From Pelagibaca sp. (GTDB lineage: Bacteria > Pseudomonadota > Alphaproteobacteria > Rhodobacterales > Rhodobacteraceae): 64,000 bases of DNA. The DNA lies in the NCBI GenBank assembly GCA_041725935.1, contig JBGRQD010000018.1, positions 9,242 to 73,241 of the forward strand, read 5' to 3'. The notes under the pieces are model-generated. The model was not told where the DNA came from and searched no databases. It worked only from the letters and a program-made list of their open reading frames with translations. Positions within the stretch are counted from its first letter, which is position 1; each line of letters begins with the position of its first letter. Below are positions 30,659 to 39,683 of this stretch, piece by piece. Both the position numbers and the translations under genes were made by a program.

Positions 30659-31189
30659 ATGAGCTTTATCCGGCCGGAAATACGCGCGGCGATCCTGCGC
30701 TGGCGCGAGGCGCTGGTCGGGGCGGCGGTCCTTCTGCTGGGGCTATACTGGAGCTTTGGCCTGAGGCCGGGACTTCTGTCCTGGATCGGGTATCTTGCAC
30801 TGTTCCTCGGTGCGGCGCTGTTCTTTGCCGGGTTGCAGCGCGGTCGCGCCCGTGTCGGCGGCGGTGGTCCGGGCGTGGTGCAGGTGGTGGAACGGCGGAT
30901 CGGCTATTTCGGTCCGCTGAACGGTGGGCTGGTCGATCTGGACGCGATCACCTCGCTGAGCCTCGATCCCACGGAACATCCCCGCCACTGGGTCATCACC
31001 CACGAACATGGCCCGGCTTTGCACATTCCGGTCAATGCCGAGGGCGCAGATGTGCTGTTCGACACCTTTGCCAGCCTGCCCGGCCTGAGCCCCGGGCGTG
31101 TCGCTTCGACCTTGAAACACGAGGGCACCGCGCCAATTGTGCTGTGGCGCAGGCCTGACCTTGAAAAACGCATCGCGCGCCTGCATTGA
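30659..31189 (+). CDS. Conserved hypothetical membrane protein
   Basis: Two N-terminal TM segments; host-like codon use; directly upstream of gshA. Confidence 0.8.
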   Translation: MSFIRPEIRAAILRWREALVGAAVLLLGLYWSFGLRPGLLSWIGYLALFLGAALFFAGLQRGRARVGGGGPGVVQVVERRIGYFGPLNGGLVDLDAITSLSLDPTEHPRHWVITHEHGPALHIPVNAEGADVLFDTFASLPGLSPGRVASTLKHEGTAPIVLWRRPDLEKRIARLH

Positions 31190-31252
31190 CAGCCCGAAGA
31201 AATCAGCCCAAGGCTTCCCCCGATCAACGAGCAGACAGACCGGAGACGCGCC

Positions 31253-32623
31253 ATGTCCATCCCACAGTCCGGTGGCGGGCCCATCGAAAATATCGACCAG
31301 TTGGCCGAATATCTGGCGTCCGGTTGCAAGCCCAAAGACGATTGGCGCATTGGCACCGAGCACGAGAAATTTGGCTATTGCAAGGACACGCTGCGTCCCC
31401 TGCCCTATGAGGGCAAACGGTCGATCCTTGCCGTGCTCGAAGGGCTGCGCGATGCGCATGGCTGGGAGCCGGTCACCGAAGGCGGCAACCTGATCGGGCT
31501 GGTCAAGGACGGTGCAAACATCTCGCTTGAACCGGGTGGTCAGTTGGAACTGTCCGGCGCACCTCTCGAAACCATTCACCAGACCTGCGACGAGGTGAAC
31601 GATCACCTGCGCGACGTGAAGGACATTTCCGACAAGATCGGTGTGGGCTTCATCGGTCTGGGCGCGGCCCCGATCTGGCAACACGAAGACATGCCGCTCA
31701 TGCCCAAGGGGCGCTACAAGCTGATGGACAGCTACATGGAAAAGGTCGGCACGGCCGGCACGACCATGATGCGGCGGACCTGTACGGTTCAGGTGAACCT
31801 CGATTTCTCGTCCGAGGCGGACATGGTGCAGAAGATGCGCGTGGCGCTGGCATTGCAGCCGGTGGCGAATGCCCTGTTTGCCACGTCGCCGTTTTTCGAG
31901 GGCAAACTGAACGGCCACAAGAGCTGGCGCGGGCGCGTGTGGCGGCATCTGGACGATGCGCGTACGGGGATGCTGCCCTTTGTGTTCGAGGACGGTTTCG
32001 GGTTCGAGGCCTGGGTGCAATACGCGCTCGATGTGCCGATGTATTTCGTCTACCGCGACGGCGTTTATCACAACGCGCTGGGGCAGTCGTTCCGCGATTT
32101 CCTCAAGGGTGAACTGCCTGCGATGCCGGGTGAAATCCCGACACTTTCGGATTGGGCCGATCACCTGACGACGATCTTTCCCGAGGCGCGGGTCAAGAAA
32201 TACATCGAGATGCGCGGAGCCGATGGCGGCCCGTGGCGGCGGCTGTGCGCTCTGCCCGCGTTCTGGGTTGGCCTGACCTATGATCAGGGCGCATTGGATG
32301 CGGCGTGGGATCTGGTCAAGGATTGGGATGCCGAAACCCGCGAGGCCCTGCGCGTGGCCGCGTCGGTCGACGGGCTGCACGCCAAGGTCAACGGCATCGA
32401 CATGCTGGATCTCGCGCGCGAGACACTCAGGATTTCCGAGGCGGGTCTGGTTGCGCGTGCACGTCCCGGAGCGGGTGGGCTTGTCCCGGACGAGACCCAT
32501 TTCCTCAATGCGCTGAAAGACAGCGTGGAGACCGGCAAGACCCTCGCTGATGAGCTGATTGACCATTACAAGGGCGATTGGAACGGCGATCTGACGCGGA
32601 TCTACAGCGAATACAGCTACTGA
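31253..32623 (+). CDS. gshA: Glutamate--cysteine ligase (alphaproteobacterial/plant type)
   Basis: IGTEHEKF, SLEPGGQLELSG, TCTVQVNLD, EMRGADGG. Confidence 0.96.
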   Translation: MSIPQSGGGPIENIDQLAEYLASGCKPKDDWRIGTEHEKFGYCKDTLRPLPYEGKRSILAVLEGLRDAHGWEPVTEGGNLIGLVKDGANISLEPGGQLELSGAPLETIHQTCDEVNDHLRDVKDISDKIGVGFIGLGAAPIWQHEDMPLMPKGRYKLMDSYMEKVGTAGTTMMRRTCTVQVNLDFSSEADMVQKMRVALALQPVANALFATSPFFEGKLNGHKSWRGRVWRHLDDARTGMLPFVFEDGFGFEAWVQYALDVPMYFVYRDGVYHNALGQSFRDFLKGELPAMPGEIPTLSDWADHLTTIFPEARVKKYIEMRGADGGPWRRLCALPAFWVGLTYDQGALDAAWDLVKDWDAETREALRVAASVDGLHAKVNGIDMLDLARETLRISEAGLVARARPGAGGLVPDETHFLNALKDSVETGKTLADELIDHYKGDWNGDLTRIYSEYSY

Positions 32624-32632
32624 CGTCCAAGA

Positions 32633-32658
32633 AAAAAGCCGCCTTTCGGCGGCTTTTT
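32633..32658. terminator. Bidirectional terminator
   Basis: AAAAAGCCGCC-TTTC-GGCGGCTTTTT between convergent gshA and ggt. Confidence 0.92.
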
Positions 32659-32680
32659 CCATCTCGATTTCGCGACCTGA

Positions 32681-34258
32681 TCAGTACCCGATCGCGCAGC
32701 CATCCTTGCGGGGGTCGGACGCGCCTTCAAGAACGCCGTGGTCGTGGATCATGATCGCCTGAGCGCCGCCGATGGCCACCTCGGGTGTTTCCACCACGTG
32801 CCCCATATCGGCCAGTTCAGCGCGCACGGTGTCAGAATAGCCACGTTCCACCATCAGCTTGCCGTTCTCGGCGAAGCAGCGCGGTGCATCCAGCGCCGCC
32901 TGCGGGGTAAGCCCGAAATCCGTCAGGTTGGTGACCGCCCGCGCATGACCGCAGGCCTGGTACTGCCCGCCCATCACACCGAACGGCACCGACACGCGAC
33001 CGGAATCGCGCAGCATGCCCGGAATGATCGTGTGCATCGGCCGTTTGCCACCGCCATATTCGTTGGCGTGCCCTTCTTGCAGGGTAAAGCCCGCGCCACG
33101 GTTCTGGAACAGGACGCCGAATTTTTCCGACGCGATGCCCGATCCGAAGCTGTGGAAGATCGAATAGATCAACGACACAACCGTGCGGTCCTTGTCGACC
33201 ACGGTGATGTAGATCGTGTCCTTGTGCACCGCTTCGCTGATGGCGGCGGGACCGGTCATCGCTTTCTTCGGGTCGATCAGCGCCGCCAGCCTTTGCGCGG
33301 TGTCCATCGACAGCATGTGATCCAGCTTGGTCATGTGATCGGGATCGGCCACGAACCGGTTGCGGGCGTCATAGGCCAGCTTGGTCGCCTCGGCCTCGAT
33401 ATGCGCGCGTTCGGCTCCGAAGGGATCAAGCGACGCGATGTCGAACTGCGACAGGATGTTGAGCAGCAGGATCGCTGTCGCGCCCTGCCCGTTCGGCGCG
33501 TGTTCGAGCAATTCGCGCCCTTGATACGTGCCGCTGATCGGTGCGCCGGTGGTGGTTGCCGTGTTGGCGAAATCGGCTTCGCTGTGCTTGCCGCCCAGAG
33601 CGTTGAGCGTGGCCAGCATGTCCTCGGCCACTTCGCCCTTGTAGAATCCGTCACGGCCCTCCTTGGCGATGCGGCGCAGCACTTCGGCATTGCCCGGCAG
33701 CTGGAACACCTGTCCGCGCTTGGGCGCTGATCCCTGCACAAGGAAATGCGACTGTGCATGGCCTTGCAGCAGGTGGGCGTTGTTGTTCCAGTCCCACGCG
33801 ACACGGTCCGCCACAGGCAGGCCGTTCTCCATGTAGTCGATCGCCGGGGCAAGGCTGTCGGCGATGCCAAGACGGCCCCATTTTTCGGACATGGTGCAGA
33901 ACGCGTCGATGGCACCGGGCACGGTCACCGCTTCGGGACCGTAGAGCGGCACTGTCGTCTCGCCCTTGCTGCGGAGGTCGTCGGCTGTGGCGGCGGCCGG
34001 TGCGCGGCCTGATCCATTGATCCCGATCACGTCATCGCCACCCGCAGGCGAGATCAGCGCAAAGCAGTCGCCGCCAATTCCAGTCATCGCCGGTTCGGCC
34101 TGACCCAGAATCACCGCGCCCGCAATGGCTGCGTCAACGGCGTTGCCCCCGCGCTTGACGATATCGATGGCCGCTTGTGCCGCGAGCGGGTGCGACGTCG
34201 CACACATCCCGTTTGTTGCCAGCACCGCAGATCGGCCCGGCAGTTGAAAATCGCGCAT
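32681..34258 (-). CDS. ggt: Gamma-glutamyltransferase family protein
   Basis: GGNAVDAA, GIGGDCF, catalytic Thr in KDTIYITVVD, PMHTIIP, SDPRKDG. Confidence 0.9.
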   Translation of the reverse strand: MRDFQLPGRSAVLATNGMCATSHPLAAQAAIDIVKRGGNAVDAAIAGAVILGQAEPAMTGIGGDCFALISPAGGDDVIGINGSGRAPAAATADDLRSKGETTVPLYGPEAVTVPGAIDAFCTMSEKWGRLGIADSLAPAIDYMENGLPVADRVAWDWNNNAHLLQGHAQSHFLVQGSAPKRGQVFQLPGNAEVLRRIAKEGRDGFYKGEVAEDMLATLNALGGKHSEADFANTATTTGAPISGTYQGRELLEHAPNGQGATAILLLNILSQFDIASLDPFGAERAHIEAEATKLAYDARNRFVADPDHMTKLDHMLSMDTAQRLAALIDPKKAMTGPAAISEAVHKDTIYITVVDKDRTVVSLIYSIFHSFGSGIASEKFGVLFQNRGAGFTLQEGHANEYGGGKRPMHTIIPGMLRDSGRVSVPFGVMGGQYQACGHARAVTNLTDFGLTPQAALDAPRCFAENGKLMVERGYSDTVRAELADMGHVVETPEVAIGGAQAIMIHDHGVLEGASDPRKDGCAIGY

Positions 34259-34573
34259 AGGTTCTGTCCCTTCCCTTTTGCGGGCCAAAATAGGCAGACG
34301 CGGGGTCAGGTCAATCAGATGATGGGAGGGGGAAGGGGTTACCTCGACGCCGCACACTGGGTGGGGGCTGTTAACGGTACGACGTCGAGGTGAAGCTTTG
34401 TGCAGCTACCCTTACGTTTTCACCTCAAACCAAGGCCACAGTTCGGAGCGATTGCGACCATTTCTTGTCAGCGTTTCCATAAAACAGGATAAAATATCCC
34501 TTAATTTCATGACTATTTCCGATGCGTCGACAATCGCAGGAAACATGGCGAAATGGCGTCAGCTAGACTGAGT

Positions 34574-35026
34574 TCAGGGGATGCGAAAGAGCAGGCAAAG
34601 ATGGTTCTGACCGGCTGTGCGCGCGTGTCTTGTCCTTGATGCAAGGGCGCGAATCAAGAACCAGCCATAGCCACCTTCGCTCTGGGCTTGGGGATCGGGC
34701 ACCTGCCCGGCAGGATTCGCGCCCTCGGAAAACGGATTCCCCCAATCAGTCAGGTGTAGGCACAGGCTGGTTCTGGTCAAAGTCACACGCAGCGTCACGG
34801 TGCCGAATCCCGGACCGGCATAGGCGTGTTCCACGATGTTGTTGATCGCCTCGGCCAGCACGATCTGCACATCGTCGCGCAGGGATGCGGCGCCGGACTG
34901 TGCCAAAGCGCGATCCACCTTGTGCAACAGATCGGGAGTCAGCCTGTCCAGCGCGGGCACGCAGAGGTCAACAAGACAGGATCGATCAGGTCTTGTCGGG
35001 GGCAAGGGCCTGCACCGCATCGGCAT
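34574..35026 (-). CDS. RsbW/RbaW-like anti-sigma Ser kinase
   Basis: EAINNIVEHAY (N box), DWG, EGGYGWFLI. Confidence 0.88.
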   Translation of the reverse strand: MPMRCRPLPPTRPDRSCLVDLCVPALDRLTPDLLHKVDRALAQSGAASLRDDVQIVLAEAINNIVEHAYAGPGFGTVTLRVTLTRTSLCLHLTDWGNPFSEGANPAGQVPDPQAQSEGGYGWFLIRALASRTRHARTAGQNHLCLLFRIP

Positions 35027-35324
35027 GGATCGTAAAGATCGTGTCCATCCGCGTCAGGCGAAACACCTTATCCACGATGGGTTGCAGCGCGGCCAGTTCC
35101 AGCGTCTGACCGGGCCTGAGCTGTTTCATCGACGCGACGACAGCGCCCAGCCCACTTGAGTCGATAAAAATGACCTGTTGCAGATCGAGGATGTACCGCC
35201 CTTCGCCGCGCGTGGTGAGCGCCCTCATCTCCTCCTTGAACTGAAGGGCGGTGGGCGCGTCGATGCGCGCGGCGTTGACGCGAATGAGAGTGGCAGCGGC
35301 GTGACGTTGGACGATCAGTTCCAT
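34986..35324 (-). CDS. STAS anti-anti-sigma factor (RsbV/RbaV-like)
   Basis: FIDSSGLG phospho-Ser motif; VFRLTRMD. Confidence 0.9.
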   Translation of the reverse strand: MELIVQRHAAATLIRVNAARIDAPTALQFKEEMRALTTRGEGRYILDLQQVIFIDSSGLGAVVASMKQLRPGQTLELAALQPIVDKVFRLTRMDTIFTIHADAVQALAPDKT

Positions 35325-35416
35325 GGTGCCTCGACAATTGATGTGTCGGACACCCTAGACGCCAATCCTTACCATCCGGTATGCAAGGCCCAACACCGAA
35401 ACCGGGAGGACATCAC

Positions 35417-36580
35417 ATGGCAGAAGTCGTGATCACAGGTGCCGCGCGCACCGCGATGGGGGGCTTTCAGGGCGCGTTTTCCGACGCCTCGGCGGTTGAT
35501 CTCGGCGGCAGTGCGATCCGCGCCGCGTTGCAACAGGCTGGCGCTCCCGACGTTGACGAGGTGTTGATGGGCTGTGTGCTTCCTGCAGGCCAAGGTCAGG
35601 CTCCGGCACGGCAGGCGGGCTTTGCCGCTGGTCTGGGCGAAGAGGTGCCTGCCACGACGCTCAACAAGATGTGCGGGTCAGGCATGAAAGCCGCGATGAT
35701 GGCCTTCGACGCCATCGCCCTTGGTCGCGCGACCACGATTGTCGCGGGTGGCATGGAGTCCATGACCAACGCGCCCTACTTGCTGCCCAAGATGCGCGGC
35801 GGCGCGCGGCTCGGGCATGGGCAGGTGATCGACCACATGTTCCTCGACGGGTTGGAAGATGCCTATGACAAGGGCCGTTTGATGGGCACTTTTGCCGAAG
35901 ACTGTGCCGAAGCGTACCAGTTCACCCGCGAGGCGCAGGACGACTACGCGCTGCGGTCGCTCTCCAACGCACTTGAGGCGCAGAAATCAGGCGCGTTCGA
36001 CGCGGAAATCACACCGGTCACATTTGCAACCCGCAAGGGCGACGTGACGGTGCATGAAGACGAACAGCCCGGCATGGCGCGTCCAGACAAGATCCCGTCG
36101 CTCAAGCCTGCGTTCCGCAAGGATGGAACAGTGACCCCCGCCAACAGCTCGTCCATCTCGGACGGTGCTGCGGCGCTGATTCTGACCACGGCAGAGGCAG
36201 CAGGTGATCGTGCCCGAGCGCGGATTGTCGGCCATGCCAGCCATGCCCAAGCCCCCGGCCTGTTCACCACAGCACCTGTGCCAGCAGCGCAAAAGCTGCT
36301 CAACCAGATCGGCTGGTCCAAGGAGGATGTGGATCTTTGGGAGGTGAACGAGGCGTTTGCGGTGGTGCCTATGGCCTTCATGCACGAAATGGGTCTGTCG
36401 CGCGACATCGTGAACGTCAACGGAGGTGCCTGTGCTCTGGGTCATCCCATCGGCGCATCCGGCGCGCGCATCATGGTCACGCTGCTTAATGTGCTGGAAA
36501 AGCGCGGGCTCAAGCGTGGGATCGCCGCAATCTGCATCGGTGGCGGCGAGGGCACCGCCATCGCGATCGAGCGTCTTTAA
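35417..36580 (+). CDS. Acetyl-CoA C-acyltransferase (thiolase)
   Basis: NKMCGSG, NEAFA, GHPIGASG, CIGGGEG. Confidence 0.95.
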   Translation: MAEVVITGAARTAMGGFQGAFSDASAVDLGGSAIRAALQQAGAPDVDEVLMGCVLPAGQGQAPARQAGFAAGLGEEVPATTLNKMCGSGMKAAMMAFDAIALGRATTIVAGGMESMTNAPYLLPKMRGGARLGHGQVIDHMFLDGLEDAYDKGRLMGTFAEDCAEAYQFTREAQDDYALRSLSNALEAQKSGAFDAEITPVTFATRKGDVTVHEDEQPGMARPDKIPSLKPAFRKDGTVTPANSSSISDGAAALILTTAEAAGDRARARIVGHASHAQAPGLFTTAPVPAAQKLLNQIGWSKEDVDLWEVNEAFAVVPMAFMHEMGLSRDIVNVNGGACALGHPIGASGARIMVTLLNVLEKRGLKRGIAAICIGGGEGTAIAIERL

Positions 36581-36582
36581 TC

Positions 36583-37041
36583 ATGCGTCTGGCTTACCCG
36601 ACACTTGCCAAGACCATCGCCGCGCTGACGCAGGGCGAGACCGATCCAGTCAGCCTGATGGCCACGGTTGCCTGCGAGGTGCATCACGCCGATGAGCGTT
36701 TCGACTGGACGGGGTTCTACCGGGTGGCCGGGCCGGGGATGCTCAAGATCGGGCCGTACCAAGGCGGTCACGGCTGTCTGACGATCCCATTTTCCCGCGG
36801 TGTGTGCGGTGCCGCGGCAAGAACCGGCGAGGTGCAGTTGGTTCCGGATGTCGAAGCCTTCCCCGGCCATATCGCCTGTGCGTCCTCAACCCGGTCGGAA
36901 CTGGTTTTGCCGGTGTGGAACGGTAAGGGGCGGTTGCTGGGCGTGTTCGATATCGACAGCGATCAGCCAAATTCGTTTACGCAAGAGGATGCAGATGCGC
37001 TGACCGATATCCTGAAATCGAGCTTTGCGGCTGTTCTCTAG
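36583..37041 (+). CDS. GAF protein, free Met-(R)-sulfoxide reductase (MsrC/YebR)-like
   Basis: WTGFY, GPYQG, GVCG, HIAC, SELVLP, DIDS. Confidence 0.85.
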   Translation: MRLAYPTLAKTIAALTQGETDPVSLMATVACEVHHADERFDWTGFYRVAGPGMLKIGPYQGGHGCLTIPFSRGVCGAAARTGEVQLVPDVEAFPGHIACASSTRSELVLPVWNGKGRLLGVFDIDSDQPNSFTQEDADALTDILKSSFAAVL

Positions 37042-37071
37042 CGATCTGACGCCAGACATCCGAGCAGGGGG

Positions 37072-37146
37072 TCACGCAATCCCGAGAAACGACAGAATGG
37101 CTACTACGATCACGACAAGACCGACGATATAAATGATTTGGTTCAT
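37072..37146 (-). CDS. 24-aa hydrophobic peptide MNQIIYIVGLVVIVVAILSFLGIA (below ORF-track cutoff)
   Basis: AGGAG RBS 6 nt before ATG; one complete TM helix; ECF-type promoter upstream. Confidence 0.75.
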   Translation of the reverse strand: MNQIIYIVGLVVIVVAILSFLGIA

Positions 37147-37180
37147 GGAACACTCCTGACGCTGTTAAGTCTCCTTTCCT

Positions 37181-37206
37181 AACAGGCAGGGTCGGCAGTT
37201 TGTTCC
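37181..37206 (-). promoter_or_regulatory. EcfG/ECF15-type promoter of the 24-aa peptide
   Basis: GGAAC-N17-TGTT on minus strand. Confidence 0.55.
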
Positions 37207-37353
37207 TTAGTGCAAGTTGACGCGGTACGCTGACACATATTCTGCGCGATGCCTTTGCCAAGGTTCTTTGATCCTTGCTGTCACACGTCCCGGTGCTGCG
37301 GTCCGGGAAAGTACGGGAGCGACCATTCAACGACAGTCAATGACACACCTTTC

Positions 37354-37911
37354 CTAATATTTTCCCGCTTTCTTGCGGCGTGCGATCCAGTTGGCAGCGG
37401 TTTCGTCACCAATGACATTGTTTTCAACGAAGATCGAACAGACCTTGCCATCTTCCCATCCGCCTACCGCGTCCCAAATCTCGTTCATTGCCTTGATCGA
37501 GTCTTTGATGCCGTTTTCTGTCTTGCTCATTCCGGGAGCAATGCAGCCTGCGAGCGTAAAGGCGTTGTCATTCAAGGCGTCGTGAACAAGGTGTGTTCGA
37601 ATGCCCTCGTGGTTGAACCGCAGGCACTTGACCTTAACGCCGCCTTTGCGATCGGTATTCTTGTAGTCGACGACGAGCCTGTACGTGCCCTTTCGAACAA
37701 AAGTGTAGCCGTTTCCACGCTCGATTGTTGGCCAAGTCTTGTTGCCAAGAGTGAGCTCTCCGAAGATCGTTCCATCCGAATTCGGGGTAATGGATCGGCG
37801 GAACGTGAAAAAATGGATTCGTTCGAACCCGCATTTCTGGTCGGACGGCTGGCTGAGAAACGAAAACGGCTCCGCCGGCATCATCGAAAATGAAAACGGT
37901 TCTGTAGACAT
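37354..37911 (-). CDS. AT-rich hypothetical protein, DUF5675-like
   Basis: GGAG RBS; pattern TIFGEL...TIE...KGTY...HLVH...LAGCIAPG...S resembles DUF5675 as recalled; not searched. Confidence 0.6.
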   Translation of the reverse strand: MSTEPFSFSMMPAEPFSFLSQPSDQKCGFERIHFFTFRRSITPNSDGTIFGELTLGNKTWPTIERGNGYTFVRKGTYRLVVDYKNTDRKGGVKVKCLRFNHEGIRTHLVHDALNDNAFTLAGCIAPGMSKTENGIKDSIKAMNEIWDAVGGWEDGKVCSIFVENNVIGDETAANWIARRKKAGKY

Positions 37912-37997
37912 AACAACTCCACTTCAAAAAAAATCATCTCTAAATATTTAGAAGATACCGCAGTTTGCAGAATCAGGCAAGTTCGGAAGCTTTTCTG

Positions 37998-38059
37998 CAT
38001 GAAAATTTCGTTTGAAATTTCACAAAACCGTGCCATGAAAATTGAGGCAGAAATTTCAC
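37998..38059. promoter_or_regulatory. Tandem operator pair CATGAAAATT-N6-GAAATTTCAC x2
   Basis: Copies at 37998-38023 and 38034-38059 (36-bp period), each an imperfect palindrome, directly before the XRE gene. Confidence 0.7.
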
Positions 38060-38068
38060 GGGCGAATC

Positions 38069-38641
38069 GTGCAGCACGATCCGGTTCTTCACAGCAAGAC
38101 ACTAGGGGCCGACCTTCGGGCGCTGCGCAAAGCGCGTGGGCTGACATTGCAGGATATCGCGGACCGTCTGGGACGGTCTGTTGGCTGGGTCAGCCAGATC
38201 GAGCGCGATCTGTCCGAGCCGTCGATCACCGATCTGCGTCGCATCGCCAAACTGTTCGATGTGCCGGTGTCTTTGCTATTTGGCACGCCACAGGCCGCGC
38301 CGGACGAGGCCGGATATGTCGTCCGTGCCGGTGCGCGGCGGCCCATCGGGAGTGGCGACAGCGGCTTGATCGAGGAACTGCTTTCCCCCGATCTGTCGGA
38401 CGATTTCGAAGTGGTTCATTCCACCTTCCAGCCAAATTCCCGCATCGGCGAAGTTGTGACCCGCCCAACGCAGGAGGTGGGCTATCTTCTGTCGGGCAAA
38501 CTTGACCTGATCATCAGCGACCGACGCTTCACCCTGACACCCGGTGACAGTTTCCGGATAAAGGCCGAGCCGTTCGAGTGGATCAACCCCTATGATGCCC
38601 CCGCCGTGGCGATCTGGGTCATCGCGCCGCCGGTGTATTGA
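38069..38641 (+). CDS. XRE-family HTH + cupin regulator (start uncertain)
   Basis: LRALRKARGLTL...SVGWVSQIERDLSEPS; C-terminal cupin. Confidence 0.9.
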   Translation: MQHDPVLHSKTLGADLRALRKARGLTLQDIADRLGRSVGWVSQIERDLSEPSITDLRRIAKLFDVPVSLLFGTPQAAPDEAGYVVRAGARRPIGSGDSGLIEELLSPDLSDDFEVVHSTFQPNSRIGEVVTRPTQEVGYLLSGKLDLIISDRRFTLTPGDSFRIKAEPFEWINPYDAPAVAIWVIAPPVY

Positions 38642-39045
38642 TGAGCGGTGCAAATCCCTCTGGCACGATTGCCCTGACAGGAAGTTGCCTTTGCGGGGCG
38701 GTCAGCTATACCGCCCATGGTGCCGCCGGTGCCCCTGCAGTCTGTCATTGCACGCAATGCCGCAAGCAGTCGGGCCATGTCTGGGCGTCGTCCTATGTGC
38801 CTGATGGACATCTTGAGATCACGGGCGACGTGCGCTGGTTCCAATCGTCCGAAAAAGCCCGACGCGGGTTCTGTCCAACCTGCGGATCGGCCCTGTTCTG
38901 GGATCACGAGGATGATCCCTTCATCTGTTTCTCGACCGGCTCAATCGACGGACCGACCGGTTTGACCCTGAGGGGGCACATCCACACAGGTGCAAAAGGC
39001 GACTATTACGACATCAATCCAAACGACCCGCAGCGCGAGGACTGA
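38641..39045 (+). CDS. GFA/CENP-V family protein
   Basis: GSCLCG, CHCTQCRK, FCPTCGS; start overlaps the XRE stop codon. Confidence 0.9.
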   Translation: MSGANPSGTIALTGSCLCGAVSYTAHGAAGAPAVCHCTQCRKQSGHVWASSYVPDGHLEITGDVRWFQSSEKARRGFCPTCGSALFWDHEDDPFICFSTGSIDGPTGLTLRGHIHTGAKGDYYDINPNDPQRED

Positions 39046-39048
39046 GCG

Positions 39049-39672
39049 ATGATCGACCTTGCCCTCGCCATTCCGATCTGGACTTACCTCACCTTCATGG
39101 GTGCCGCGCTCGTGCTCTATATCACGCCCGGTGCCGATATGATGTTCACATTGGCCAGCGGGATGCGCGGCGGCGCGCGGTCCGGCATGGCGGCGGCGGC
39201 GGGCATAGGTCTGGGCGTGATGGGTCACGTGGTGATCGCGGCTGCGGGACTTGCCGTACTGCTGCTCACCTACCCCATCGCCTATGACGCGTTGCGCTAT
39301 GCTGGTGCCGCCTACCTGCTCTGGCTTGCGTACCACACCTGGACCGACACGTCCGACACGGCCCAGCGTGAAGGCCGCAGCGACACATGGCGCGCGTTCC
39401 GGCGTGGCTTTCTGACCAATATCCTGAACCCGAAGGTGGGCCTCTTCGTACTGGCCTTTCTGCCGCAATTCGCCAATCCCGCCATCGGCCCTGTCTGGCA
39501 GCAGATCCTGATCCTTGGCACGCTGCTCGCTGTCGGGGAACTGGCTGTCTACTGCGTGTTGGGCGGGTTTGCCGGTCTTGCCGCTGCGCGCATCAAGCGC
39601 GCGTCCGGCTGGTTGGGCAAACTGTCCGCAATCGTCTTTGGCGGGCTTGCGCTGCGCCTTGCCTGGAACTGA
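39049..39672 (+). CDS. LysE/RhtB-family exporter
   Basis: TPGAD, GAAYLLWL, GFLTNILNPK. Confidence 0.9.
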   Translation: MIDLALAIPIWTYLTFMGAALVLYITPGADMMFTLASGMRGGARSGMAAAAGIGLGVMGHVVIAAAGLAVLLLTYPIAYDALRYAGAAYLLWLAYHTWTDTSDTAQREGRSDTWRAFRRGFLTNILNPKVGLFVLAFLPQFANPAIGPVWQQILILGTLLAVGELAVYCVLGGFAGLAAARIKRASGWLGKLSAIVFGGLALRLAWN

Positions 39673-39683
39673 GGAGACCACCC

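Noticed and set aside
28885-30660. N-terminally extended ORF calls (591-aa ubiA; also pyrF from 1026, NUDIX to 3367, dinB from 2606, GcvT genes from 39387 and 42931)
   Set aside because: The extensions overlap neighbouring genes; family homology and RBS start at the trimmed positions.
34320-34345. C-rich minus-strand stretch as a cuckoo/CcsR sRNA
   Set aside because: Not the CCUCCUCCC loop motif, no flanking stems and no tandem modules.
37150-37260. Integron attC-like site (CCTAAC...GTT) near the AT-rich gene
   Set aside because: No proper R''/R' and L''/L' symmetry and no integrase; the AAC and GTT bases are better explained by the ECF promoter.
37249-37893. 214-aa plus-strand ORF
   Set aside because: Antisense to the RBS-bearing DUF5675-like gene; no motif and no RBS.
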